Source: an uncultured delta proteobacterium (lineage in GTDB: Bacteria > Myxococcota_A > UBA9160 > SZUA-336). Taken from it: a stretch of 64,000 nt of DNA. The stretch's first letter is position 1. Each line of letters begins with the position of its first letter. The notes beneath the pieces are model-generated. The model saw only the letters and a list, made by a program, of their open reading frames with translations, did not search any database and was not told the origin of the DNA. The position numbers and the translations under genes are program-made. This document shows positions 1-9,564 of this stretch, one piece after another. The DNA lies in contig CAVPHD010000010.1 of the NCBI GenBank assembly GCA_963704165.1, positions 32,001-96,000 of the forward strand. Direction: 5' to 3'.

Positions 1-969
1 CAGACGCCGGGCGGCCTCCACGTGGCCGGAGCGGTTCCAGTGCCCATCGATGCGGTAGTAGAGATCCGGACGCGCGGACTTGTCGGGCATTGCGACGAAC
101 GCGGCCCCGCTCTCGCGCGCGACCTGGCCGACGCTCGACGCGACCTCCGGCAAAGCGTCGGCGCAGAGGACGACGACCGGCCAACCTCGATCGCGAGCCG
201 TCGCGATCAGCTCCGCGAGCAGCCGCAGCGTCAGGCGCTCTCGCTCCGCATCGGACGCCGGCATCGAGGCCGCCGTCGCGGGATCCGGCGATCGCCGTGA
301 GCGCGCGATCTGCATCACGGCCGCAAAGACGTGCGAGTGCGAGAGCCCCGGAATCCGGTCGACCACGGGCTGGATCCGGCGCAAGAGCGAACGCGGCACG
401 GGCACGGGCGCCTCGACGAGCTCACCGTCGGCCCCGAGGCGGAAGAAGCCGTCGCGGAGATCGTCGCCGAAGTCGTTCGCGCTCGACTGGTAGACGAGAA
501 CGGTCGGGAGTCCGGCCTCGTCCGCGTACCCGCGAACGAGGCGAAGCGCCCGACCCGTTCCGGTGTTGCCCACGCCCTCGTTCAGGACCCGCACGTCTCG
601 GCCCCCGGCGCGGAGCTGCGCCGCGATCAGCCGCGCGAACTCCTCGCCGTCGTCGACGCCGTAGCCCTCGGTGAACGAGTCGCCGACGAAGACGACGCGC
701 GACTTCGCCGCGAGCTCGCTCGGCGTCGGCTCCGGACCGCGCTGGCCGCGCGAGTTCGTCGACAGATGCATCGTGAATTCGGGCGTCCAGCGCGTCGCCC
801 TGAGGTCGACCTTGTGGCGCGAGCCGAGGATCGGATCGTAGAGGCTGAACGACGGGCCGATCTCGCGCACCGGAACCAGCCACCGCGCCCCGATCTCGAA
901 GAGCGCGAGCGCCACGAGCGTCGCCAGCGCGAGCGAAACCAGCCGCACGCGTCGGCCCGCCTCGCTCAT
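1..969 (-). CDS. SGNH/GDSL-family protein with N-terminal membrane anchor (3' end runs off the window)
   Basis: Not in the ORF track. Hand translation from ATG at 969: MSEAGRRVRLVSLALATLVALALFEIGARW...VVFVGDSFTEGYGV...VLNEGVGNTG...SANDFGDD...YYRIDGHWNRSGH; blocks GDS, G, N and DxH present; no stop before base 1. Confidence 0.85.
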   Translation of the reverse strand, partial: MSEAGRRVRLVSLALATLVALALFEIGARWLVPVREIGPSFSLYDPILGSRHKVDLRATRWTPEFTMHLSTNSRGQRGPEPTPSELAAKSRVVFVGDSFTEGYGVDDGEEFARLIAAQLRAGGRDVRVLNEGVGNTGTGRALRLVRGYADEAGLPTVLVYQSSANDFGDDLRDGFFRLGADGELVEAPVPVPRSLLRRIQPVVDRIPGLSHSHVFAAVMQIARSRRSPDPATAASMPASDAERERLTLRLLAELIATARDRGWPVVVLCADALPEVASSVGQVARESGAAFVAMPDKSARPDLYYRIDGHWNRSGHVEAARRL

Positions 970-987
970 GTCAACCCTCGGTCCGCA

Positions 988-2238
988 TCAGCGGGGCAGC
1001 GTGCGGAGCCCTTGCGCGGGTGCGTTGATCAGCACCGCCATGTTTCCCGGCGGGTGTCGGTTCTCGTACATGACCTGGTGGATCTGCGCGATGTCGCGGA
1101 ACTCCGCGCAGAGCGACAGGCACGGGTCGATCCGGCCGGAATCGACCATGCGGTTCAGCTCGGCGCACTCGCCCGTGCTCGCGAAGTGCGAGCCCTGCAG
1201 GCGCTTCGAGCGCATCCACAGAAAGCGCAGGTCGATGTCGCCGTTGTACCCCGACGTGCCGCCGCAGATCACCACCATGCCGCCGTTGTCGCACATGAAC
1301 ATGGAGGTCGGCAGTGTCGCCTTGCCGGAGTGCTCGAAGACGATCCGCGGGCTGCGCCGCTCGCCGAGAACCTCCCAGAACTTCTTCCCGAACGCGCGCA
1401 CGCCCTTGTTCCACTTCGCGTAGGCCTCGGAATCATCGAAGTCGGGAAGCCGTCCCCAGTGATCGAATTCCGTCCGGTCGATCACGCCCTTCGCTCCGAG
1501 CTGCAGACAGAAGTCGAACTTCGACGGGTCCGAGACCACCGCGATCGGAATCCCACCGCGCTCTCGCGTGACCTGGATCGCGAGCGAGCCGAGTCCCCCG
1601 GCTCCGCCCCAGATCAGCACGGGATCGCCCGGCCGCACGACGTTCGGATGCCAGTGCGTGAGCTGACGGTAGGCCGTCGCACCCGAGACCATGTAGCAGG
1701 ATGCCTGCTCCCAGGTCAGGCGTTCCGGCTTCGGGAAGCACATGTACTCGTCGACGGCCGAGAACTGCGCGAACCCGCCCCAGTTGTCCTCGTAGCCCCA
1801 GACGGACGTCGTCGACGACATGATCGGATCCGCGCCGCCGCGGATGTCGGGCGCGCTCTCGTCCCAACGGCACGACGAGATGACGACCGGATCGCCGACC
1901 TCGAGCCCCTTCACGCGGCTGCCGACGGCCCAGACGATTCCAGATCCCTCGGAGCCACCGATGTGGAAATTCTCCGGCTCGCCTCGCTTCTGTCGGATCG
2001 CGATCATGTCGACCGGTCGCGCCATCGCCGCCCAGATGTTGTTGTAGTTCACACCGCAGGCCATCATGTGCACGAGGACCTGATGGTCCTTCGGCTTCGG
2101 GACGGGGACTTCCTCGATCACGAACGCCTTGTTCGGCGGGCCGTAGCGCTCCGGGCGGATCAGGGCCGCGTACATCCGCTCCGGAACCACGCCGAGCGGG
2201 GGCACCTCGCCGATCTCGTAGATGGACTTCTTCGTCAC
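988..2238 (-). CDS. ccr: crotonyl-CoA carboxylase/reductase
   Basis: Motifs GVNYNNIWA, FHIGGSEGSGIVWAVG, WGYEDNWGGFAQF, WGGAGGLGS, LWMRSKRLQGSHF; GTG start at 2238 behind a GGAGAGG RBS. Confidence 0.9.
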   Translation of the reverse strand: MTKKSIYEIGEVPPLGVVPERMYAALIRPERYGPPNKAFVIEEVPVPKPKDHQVLVHMMACGVNYNNIWAAMARPVDMIAIRQKRGEPENFHIGGSEGSGIVWAVGSRVKGLEVGDPVVISSCRWDESAPDIRGGADPIMSSTTSVWGYEDNWGGFAQFSAVDEYMCFPKPERLTWEQASCYMVSGATAYRQLTHWHPNVVRPGDPVLIWGGAGGLGSLAIQVTRERGGIPIAVVSDPSKFDFCLQLGAKGVIDRTEFDHWGRLPDFDDSEAYAKWNKGVRAFGKKFWEVLGERRSPRIVFEHSGKATLPTSMFMCDNGGMVVICGGTSGYNGDIDLRFLWMRSKRLQGSHFASTGECAELNRMVDSGRIDPCLSLCAEFRDIAQIHQVMYENRHPPGNMAVLINAPAQGLRTLPR

Positions 2239-2371
2239 GCGGCTTTCCTCTCCCTCTGACCGCGCGAGGCGATCCACCCGAGTCTAGGCGGCAAATCCGG
2301 CATCTGCCTGCGCACCTCCGCTCTCATCGGCGGATCGGCGCGCGACGCTTGATCGCCACACCCGAACGAGC

Positions 2372-3184
2372 TCAAACACGGCGGAGCAGATCGACCAGGT
2401 CGCGCCCGCGCAGGATCCGGTCGCGGCGGGGCACGATTCCGAAGCGCAGCTTCCGAACGATCCGGTACTCGAACGGCGGATTCGGGCAGAACGTCGGAAC
2501 GAGTTCCGCGGCCGTGAGGTCGAGCGCCAGAGCCTCGGTCGCCCGCGACGTGATCAGCGCGCAGGCGTCGGTACGGCTCATCGACTCCGCTTGCGTGACT
2601 CCGATCGAGCGCTTCACACACGCACGAACGATTCCGGGCACGAGCGCCCGAGCCTCGTCGCAGGCGAGGTCGTCTCCCGAGATGAACAGTGTCGGTAGAC
2701 CCAGCGCCCACGCGTGAAGCGCGCGCGTGCCGAACTCGCCGATCTCGATTCCGTTCAGCAGGTGACGACGGACGCGCCGGCTCGAGTAGGTGTGCGCGAG
2801 GTTCCCGCCCGACCCTTCCATCGCGTGCTGCCCGACGAAGGCGAGCGCGTCGGCGGGAGGTGTGGCCGCTCGCGCGTGGTCGAGAAGGCCGGCGAATCCG
2901 CGCGGGTCGTCGTGGCGGAACTTCGAGACGCGCGCGTCGATGCCGTCGAGGTCGGCCCCTCCGTACCCGTGTCCGTCCCAGACGCTGATCGCGGGCGCAT
3001 CGATCCGCGCGCGTTGCGCTGCGTCGAGCACCCCTCGGATGAACGCGTTGACGTCCTCGGTCAGGTACGCCCGAGCGCGCTCGAGCTCGGGACCCGGGAT
3101 TCGCGTCTGCGACCAGTCACGGACGCCCGCCACTCCCTCGATGTCGGTGACGACGAAGAGATGCCGTGTCCGTCGTGCGTTCAT
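2372..3184 (-). CDS. M55 family (DppA-like) D-aminopeptidase / metallopeptidase
   Basis: VVTDIEGVAG, WDGHG, FVGQHA, LAHTYS, IGEFG and ISGDD motifs; ATG at 3184 overlaps the upstream TGA (ATGA). Confidence 0.8.
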   Translation of the reverse strand: MNARRTRHLFVVTDIEGVAGVRDWSQTRIPGPELERARAYLTEDVNAFIRGVLDAAQRARIDAPAISVWDGHGYGGADLDGIDARVSKFRHDDPRGFAGLLDHARAATPPADALAFVGQHAMEGSGGNLAHTYSSRRVRRHLLNGIEIGEFGTRALHAWALGLPTLFISGDDLACDEARALVPGIVRACVKRSIGVTQAESMSRTDACALITSRATEALALDLTAAELVPTFCPNPPFEYRIVRKLRFGIVPRRDRILRGRDLVDLLRRV

Positions 3185-4563
3185 CCCGACGGCGACGGCG
3201 CGCGGGGATCGATCTCGGACACGATCCACGGCGTCTTTCCGTTCGCCGAAACCGGCAGCGCCGCGACCTGCTCGACGTCGACTTGCACCTCGGCGCCCAT
3301 CGCGTCGCGAACCGCCCGCTCGATCCGGCTCCGCGCGGCCGCATCGATCGTCTGGCTCGAGCGGAGCTCGATGCGCAGCCGGTCGATGCGGGTCTGGACC
3401 ACGCGGAACTGATGGACCTCCGGGAGCTCGTCGAAGAGGTGCGTGAAGAACAGCGCATGAATCACGCGACCGCTCGGCGTCCGGATCGTGTCGTGCGCGC
3501 GACCGCTCACCGACGCGAGCAACGGCATCGGGCGGCCGCAGTCGCAGGGTTCCTCCGACGGAACGACCAGGTCTCCGACCGAATAGCGCACGAGCGGGGA
3601 GACGTACGAGTTCAGATTGGTGACGACGAGGTTCGCCTGCTCCCCGGGACGAGCCGCGCGGCCTTCGCACAGGAACTCGAAGACCATGGTCTCGTGCGAG
3701 AGGTGCAGTCCCCCGCTCGGACATTCGAATGCGATCACGCCGAGCTCTCCGCAGCCGTACTCGCAGATCGTCGGGCAACCGAGGACCCGCTCGATCAGAC
3801 GCCGCTGTGCCGCGGTCATGCCCTCGCCGGTGTAGATCGCACCGCGCACGCCGAGTCGCGTGCCGTCGAGGCCCTGCTTCTCGAGCCCCTCGCAGAAACG
3901 GAACAGGCCCGACGAGATCGCGCGGAGCACGCGCGGCCGAAAGCGGCGCAGGCGCCGATAGGCGCGCGCAATCGCGGCATCGTCGAGGGTGTAGACGTCG
4001 ATCAGCACGATGTTCTTGAGCCGGTAGGACCAGCGGCGCCGAAGCGCCGCGAGCGCGCCCTGGAGAGCGCCGGTCACGTCGCGCACGCCGCTCCAGATCA
4101 TCGCCTCACGGACACCGAACTCGAACCCCCACCAGCGTCGGCCGCGCGCGAGCGTCGCAAAGGTGTTCGACGCGATCGACTCCCGGTCGAGCCGGAATGC
4201 GAACGGCTCGCCGGTCGCTCCGCTCGTGACCCAGTCGTCCCAGGATCCGGCGCCACGCTCGTCGAGGAAATCCGAGTACGAGCTTCGCAGCGTGCTCTTG
4301 TCCACCACCGGCAATCCCGCGAGATCCTCCACCCCGTTCACGCGCTCCGGATCGAGTCCGATCCGCGCGAACTCGCGGCGATAGAACGGCACGTTCCGTC
4401 CGCAGTGACCGAGCAGCTCGCGGAGGCGCGTGCGCCGGTACGCCTCGACTTCGTCGGGCGTCGCCGCCTCGAGCCGCTCGAGCGTCTCGAGTGCCGGCCG
4501 ATAGTCCCAGCCGCGCGCGCGCTGGATCAGGTCGGCGTAGAACTTGGCGAAACGTTCGTACAT
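3181..4563 (-). CDS. phenylacetate-CoA ligase family (PaaK/CapK-like) AMP-forming enzyme
   Basis: NVPFYR, LPVVDK, TSGATGEP, YTGE, EYGCGE, PLVRYSVGDL, GRAHD and FRVVQ motifs; start MYERFAK at 4563. Confidence 0.85.
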   Translation of the reverse strand: MYERFAKFYADLIQRARGWDYRPALETLERLEAATPDEVEAYRRTRLRELLGHCGRNVPFYRREFARIGLDPERVNGVEDLAGLPVVDKSTLRSSYSDFLDERGAGSWDDWVTSGATGEPFAFRLDRESIASNTFATLARGRRWWGFEFGVREAMIWSGVRDVTGALQGALAALRRRWSYRLKNIVLIDVYTLDDAAIARAYRRLRRFRPRVLRAISSGLFRFCEGLEKQGLDGTRLGVRGAIYTGEGMTAAQRRLIERVLGCPTICEYGCGELGVIAFECPSGGLHLSHETMVFEFLCEGRAARPGEQANLVVTNLNSYVSPLVRYSVGDLVVPSEEPCDCGRPMPLLASVSGRAHDTIRTPSGRVIHALFFTHLFDELPEVHQFRVVQTRIDRLRIELRSSQTIDAAARSRIERAVRDAMGAEVQVDVEQVAALPVSANGKTPWIVSEIDPRAPSPSG

Positions 4564-4579
4564 GTCTCGAGTCCAGGGA

Positions 4580-5801
4580 TCACGCGCCGTGCGCGCGGCC
4601 CACCACCGAGGCGAAGAGCTTGGCGAGCTTCTCCGCCTCGCGGCGCGCGTCGTGGGCGAGCTGGACCCGCGCACGACCCGCCTGGCCCAGCTCGAGAAGC
4701 CGTTCGGGCGGTGCATCGAGCGCCTCCCGCATCGCACCCACCAGCGCGTCGACGCTTCCCGACGTCACCAGCCAGCCGGTCTCGCCGCTCTCGACGAGCT
4801 CGGGAATTCCCGCGATCTGCGTCGCGATCGCCGGGCGCGCGAGCGCGAACGCCTCCATGATCACGACGGGCAGTCCCTCGCCGAAGCTCGGCAGAACCAG
4901 TCCGCGCGAATCGAGCAGCTCGTCACGGACGTCCTCGCCGGATTTCCAGCCGAGGAAGCGGACGGTCTCGCCGAGCTGGCGCTCGCGAACCATGTCTTCG
5001 AACAAGCCGCGGAGCTCGCCATCGCCGATCAGGCGCACCTCGAAGCAGTGTCCCTCGGCCACGAGCCGCGCGCACGCCTCGACCAGGATCGCGTGCCCCT
5101 TCGAACGGCCGAGCCGGCCGACGCAGACCAGGCGCTTCGCCTCGGGGGGTGTCGCGACCGGGGCGTCGAGGAATTGCTCGTCGACACCGCAGCGGATCAC
5201 GTGGATCTTCTGCCAGTGCTCGGGATGGGACCAGCGGTAGGTCTGGCTGCGCGCGAAGTCGGTGATCGCGGCGACGAAGCTCGCCCGCGCGACCTTTTCG
5301 CCGAGGCTGATCTCCTGCGGACTGTCGAACTCGCCCGGCCCGTGGACGGTGAAGCTGAACGTGAGATCTCCGAGGGCGGCCGCGATCATCGCGACCATCG
5401 TCGCGTTCGTCCCGAAGTGCGCATGCACGTGCGAGACGCCCTGCGCGCTCCATGCTGCGCCAGAGCGCGCAGGCCTCGGCGAAGTACCCGAAGTGGCGCA
5501 CGAGACCTCGATGGGAACCCACCCCCCAACGAGTCGCCTGCCAGAGCGCAGACAGGAATCGCCGCGGCCGGGCCAGCAGCATCGCCACGACGTGCACGAG
5601 CAGGCCCGCGACGCCGCGCTCGAGGAGCGCCTCCGTGAGCTCGAGCTCGCGCCGGTCGGCGGGATCGGGAAGCGGCTCGCGCGCGGGCCGGATCGCCAGT
5701 CGGTGCACGCGGACGCCCGCGCGTTCGAGCCCAGCGATCTCGCGCCGGATGAACGTGTGCGTCGTCAGCGGATATTGGTTCGAGAGGTATGCGACTTTCA
5801 T
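4580..5801 (-). CDS. GT4 glycosyltransferase (WcaL-like), one apparent frameshift near 5440
   Basis: N-terminal MKVAYLSNQYP...TFIRREI in one frame; HAHFGTN...VGRLGRSKG...LPSFGEGLPVVIMEA in the next. Removing one G from GCAGGGCGT restores ERAGVSHVHAHFG. Confidence 0.85.
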
Positions 5802-5898
5802 GTCATTTCCGGCCCACGGCCAACGTCGTCCGCGCCTGCCGCGCTTCTCATCGGCAGACGAGACCCCCAGACGAGAGCCTAGCGGAGCACCGGGAAGG

Positions 5899-6912
5899 TC
5901 AGGCCTTGTACTCGATCAGATCCGTACGGCGACCGTACACGTAACGGTTGAGCCCGAAGCGGATCACGCCCAGAAACTCGGCGAATTTTCCGATCACGCA
6001 CGCGGACGCGTAGAGCGACGCCGTCGATCCATCGTAGCCGCGCCGCAACGTCACCGCGCGTGCGCGCAGCCAGGGCCCGAGATACGCGAAGGCGGGCAAG
6101 ATCGCCCATCCCGGAGCGAGCGATCCCAGCGCGAGCGAGAGAGCTGCGGGGCCGATCGACCACGCGACGATCGACGCCAGCGGCCGGACCGCGAGCCCTT
6201 GACCACCGCCGCCATGCATCGAGGCGAGCTCCGCGTACGCGTGTCCGGAGCGCTCGCTTCGGCGCCAGAACTGCGCGAACCGCAACATCGCGGCGTCGTG
6301 CAGCGTCATCTCGCGGTCGATCCTCGCGATCCGATGGCCGCTTTTTCGGATCCGGTGGCAGAGTTCGGGCTCTTCGCCGGCGATCAGCCTCGGATCGAAT
6401 CCGCCCACGCTGCGCAGGACGTCGGCGCGCATCATCGCGTCGCCGCCGCAGCTGCGTGCTTCGCCGATCGGCGTGTCCCATTCGAGGTCGATGATCCGGT
6501 TGTAGCGGCTCGCGTTCGGAAACCGCTCACGGCGCCGGCCGCAGACGACCGAGACTTCGGGACTTCGGTCGAGGAACTCCGTCGCCGTCTCGAGCCAGCC
6601 GGGCTGGACTTCGCAGTCCCCGTCCACGAACTGCACGTAGCGAAGCTCGGGAACGAGGTCGAAGAGCCGATCGAAGCCGGCGTTGCGCGCGCGCGCCGCG
6701 GTGAACGGAATCGAGGTGTCGAGCCCGACGACCTCGGCGCCCGCCTCGCGCGCGGCTTCGACGCTCGCGTCCGTCGAGCCGCTGTCGACATAGACGATTC
6801 GGACGCGAGCGAGTCGCAGGGATGCGAGACAGCGAACCAGGCGCTGTCCTTCGTTGCGTCCGATCACCACCGCGCCGAGCGTGCCCGACGGCGATCGCCC
6901 CGGAGCTTCCAT
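5899..6912 (-). CDS. GT2 glycosyltransferase
   Basis: VVIGRNEG, YVDSGSTD, FTAARARNAG, FVDGDC and AGEEPELC motifs; start uncertain (6912, 6951 or 6960). Confidence 0.85.
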   Translation of the reverse strand: MEAPGRSPSGTLGAVVIGRNEGQRLVRCLASLRLARVRIVYVDSGSTDASVEAAREAGAEVVGLDTSIPFTAARARNAGFDRLFDLVPELRYVQFVDGDCEVQPGWLETATEFLDRSPEVSVVCGRRRERFPNASRYNRIIDLEWDTPIGEARSCGGDAMMRADVLRSVGGFDPRLIAGEEPELCHRIRKSGHRIARIDREMTLHDAAMLRFAQFWRRSERSGHAYAELASMHGGGGQGLAVRPLASIVAWSIGPAALSLALGSLAPGWAILPAFAYLGPWLRARAVTLRRGYDGSTASLYASACVIGKFAEFLGVIRFGLNRYVYGRRTDLIEYKA

Positions 6913-7093
6913 GCAGCGTTGCGTCACGAGCCCACCCGATCCCGAATCCATGGACGACACCGCGCCGACCCTCGCGGAGAGTATCGGTCACGCCCCGCGA
7001 TTGCCGCAGGGCCGCGCCGTCCCGACCGGGCTCTCGTCGCGTCGGACTCTACGTGGCACACTCCGCCCGGCATTCCGGGAAGTCGGGGGGTAC

Positions 7094-8215
7094 GTGGCGA
7101 TCGAGGTCGTTCCTTACACTGAAGAGTGGATACCCGCGGTCGCCGCTTTCAACCGGCGGATGGCCGCGGCGGGGATGCACTGGACCTGGTACGCGACGCC
7201 CGTCGATCGCTGGCTGCCCACGCGCGGCGACGCGCGAACCTGGCGTGAGCACTACCTGGCGGTCGAGGACGGCACGGACGTCCGCGGTGGGTACGCGCTG
7301 AAGCCGCACGAGTGGTGGATTCGCGGCTCGACGCAGCTCGTGACCGACTGGCAGGGGCCGATCACCGAGGGCGTGTACAGCCGCAGGTACAACACGCTCG
7401 GGCTGCGGCTTCTGCGCGAGATGCTGCGGCAGTATCCGTTGCTCTACAGCTGGGGGCACGGCGGGCTCGAGCAGCCGATGCTGGTGATGCTCGAGAAGCT
7501 CGGCTGGCTGATCCACCGGACACCGTTCTGCCTGCGCGTGCTTCGGCCGTTCCGATTCCTGCGGCGAAACGCGTTCCTCAGGGACTCGCCCGCGCGCCGG
7601 CTCGCGCTCGATCTCGCGGCGTTCTCGGGCGCGGGGAGCATCGGCCTGCGCGCGCTTCACTTCGCGCAGCTCGCGCGGAACCGGCGAAGCGAGGTGGCCC
7701 GAGCCGCGGAGTTCGAGCGGTTCGGAAGCTGGGCGGACGAGCTCTGGATGCGCGTCCGAGACCGGTACACGGCCGTCGCGCTTCGCGACTCCGCGACGAT
7801 GAACCACCTCCTGCCCCACGGCGGTTGGCCCGATGCGCGAAAGCTGCGCATCACGCGCGGCGCGGAGACGCTCGGCTGGGCGGTCGTCATGGACACCGCG
7901 ATGGAGGACGACCGGCGCTTCGGCCGCTTGCGCGTGGGCTCGATCGTCGATGCGCTCGCGCTGCCCTCGGACGCCGAAGCCGTCGTCGGTGCCGCATACC
8001 GCGATCTGCGCGCTCGCGGCGTGGACATCGTGATCTCGAACCAGGCGCACCCCGCCTGGGTTTCGGGATTCGCCGCACACGGATTCGCGATTCTCGAGAA
8101 TCGCCGCGCCTTCGCCGCATCTCCCGAGCTCCAGCGCGTGCTGTCTCCATTCGAGGAGACGCGCCTCGGGCTGCACCTCACGAACATGGACGGCCACGGG
8201 CCGATGCGCCTCTGA
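7094..8215 (+). CDS. hypothetical protein, possibly GNAT-fold acyltransferase
   Basis: Protein-like composition from GTG 7094 after a G-rich RBS; alternating strand/helix pattern (HYLAVEDG..VRGGYAL; LGWAVV..VGSIVDAL) suggests tandem GNAT-like folds, with no diagnostic motif. Confidence 0.5.
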   Translation: MAIEVVPYTEEWIPAVAAFNRRMAAAGMHWTWYATPVDRWLPTRGDARTWREHYLAVEDGTDVRGGYALKPHEWWIRGSTQLVTDWQGPITEGVYSRRYNTLGLRLLREMLRQYPLLYSWGHGGLEQPMLVMLEKLGWLIHRTPFCLRVLRPFRFLRRNAFLRDSPARRLALDLAAFSGAGSIGLRALHFAQLARNRRSEVARAAEFERFGSWADELWMRVRDRYTAVALRDSATMNHLLPHGGWPDARKLRITRGAETLGWAVVMDTAMEDDRRFGRLRVGSIVDALALPSDAEAVVGAAYRDLRARGVDIVISNQAHPAWVSGFAAHGFAILENRRAFAASPELQRVLSPFEETRLGLHLTNMDGHGPMRL

Positions 8216-8361
8216 TGCGCGTTCCCTGCCGGTCACTGGCCGGCGGCCCTGCCGGGACTCAAGTGGCGTCCGAACCCCCTCGATGAGGAAGCCGGGTTCA
8301 GCACCGGCCCCGGATGGGCTATTGTGGAGCCCGTTCGGGCGTTCTCGTCCCCCACGAATCC

Positions 8362-8377
8362 CGGAACACGCATTGCA
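8362..8377 (+). promoter_or_regulatory. candidate sigma-54 (-24/-12) promoter upstream of the diiron oxygenase-ACP-SGNH unit
   Basis: CGGAACACGCATTGCA: GG (8363-64), N10, GC (8375-76) with TTGCA, about 45 bp before ATG 8422. Confidence 0.35.
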
Positions 8378-8421
8378 TGCTCCCCCGCACGCGAGGGAAG
8401 CACCCACCGATGAGGGACACC

Positions 8422-9282
8422 ATGGAAACCGCGACTGAACTCGCCGTTCGCCTCTCCAAGGCGAGCCGAAAGAAGTTCTACAACGTCTATACCGCCTTCG
8501 ACTGGCCCGAGTCCCTGGACGACTCGCGCTGGTGCATGCCGCCGGAGCTGATCTCCCTGTATGGGACGCCCGCCTGGGAGAAGCTCGACGACGCGCAGCG
8601 GCACCGGCTCTCGCTCCACGAGATGGCGAACCTCTTCAGCCTGACCGGCCAGGGCGAGGGCCCGCTGGTGCAGGGTCTGATCAGCCAGATGTACCCCCAC
8701 AACGACGCCGACATCACCGGCTACCTGCACCACTTCCTCGACGAAGAGAACAAGCACATGGTGATGTTCGCGGAGTTCTGCCAGCGCTACATCGGCAAGG
8801 TCTACCTGTACAAGAAGCTCGCCCTGCCCCGGGAGTACGAGAAGGGTGAAGAGGACGTGGGCTTCTTCATCAAGGCGCTGACCGTCGAGGAGATCGGCGA
8901 CTACTACAACGTTCTGGCCGGCAAGGACGAGCGTGTGCACCCGATCGTGCGCGACGTGAACAACCTGCACCACAGCGACGAGGCGCGGCACATCGTCTTC
9001 GGCCGCGAGGTGCTGCGAAGCACGTTCGCGGAGCACTCGCCGAAGTGGTCGAAGGAGACGCTCGAAGGCGTGCGCGAGTGGATCGCGAACTACCTGCGCT
9101 CCTCCTGGGCGGACTTCTACAATCCGTCGGTCTACCGCGACGCCGGCGTTCCCGACGGATACGCCGCGCGCGAGTTCGCGCTCGGCTCCGAAGTCTGCCG
9201 TGAGCACCGAAAGCGCGCGTCGGAGAAGCTGGTCTCGTTCCTCCTCGAGGCCGGCATTCTCGAGGTCGAGCCCGTCCTCTGA
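8422..9282 (+). CDS. AurF-family diiron oxygenase (N-oxygenase-like)
   Basis: Ferritin-like ligand motifs GQGE, DEENKH, TVEE and HHSDEARH, plus PELISLYGTPAW; ATG 8422 after GAGGGA. Confidence 0.8.
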   Translation: METATELAVRLSKASRKKFYNVYTAFDWPESLDDSRWCMPPELISLYGTPAWEKLDDAQRHRLSLHEMANLFSLTGQGEGPLVQGLISQMYPHNDADITGYLHHFLDEENKHMVMFAEFCQRYIGKVYLYKKLALPREYEKGEEDVGFFIKALTVEEIGDYYNVLAGKDERVHPIVRDVNNLHHSDEARHIVFGREVLRSTFAEHSPKWSKETLEGVREWIANYLRSSWADFYNPSVYRDAGVPDGYAAREFALGSEVCREHRKRASEKLVSFLLEAGILEVEPVL

Positions 9283-9536
9283 TGCTCGAGTCCGAAGTTC
9301 GCGAGCAGCTCCGCGCCTGGATCCTCCGGCGTTCGCAGTCCAAGGCGACGACCGAGCTCAAGGACGACACGCCGATCCTCGAATCCGGCCTGTTGTCCTC
9401 GCTCGACGTCGTCGAGCTGATCCTCTTCATCGAGAACCTGAAGGGCGCCGAGGTCGACGTCGACGACATCGAGCCGGAAGTCCTGACGAACGTGAACACG
9501 ATCTACGAGGGATTCTTCCGCGGGGAAGCCGCGTAG
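9282..9536 (+). CDS. acyl/aminoacyl carrier protein
   Basis: 84 aa, acidic, DDTPILESGLLSSLDVVELILFIE with the phosphopantetheine Ser in an SSL variant of DSL; TGATG overlap with the oxygenase stop. Confidence 0.8.
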   Translation: MLESEVREQLRAWILRRSQSKATTELKDDTPILESGLLSSLDVVELILFIENLKGAEVDVDDIEPEVLTNVNTIYEGFFRGEAA

Positions 9537-9564
9537 CGTCTCGAGCGCGGCGGGGAGCGATGTC

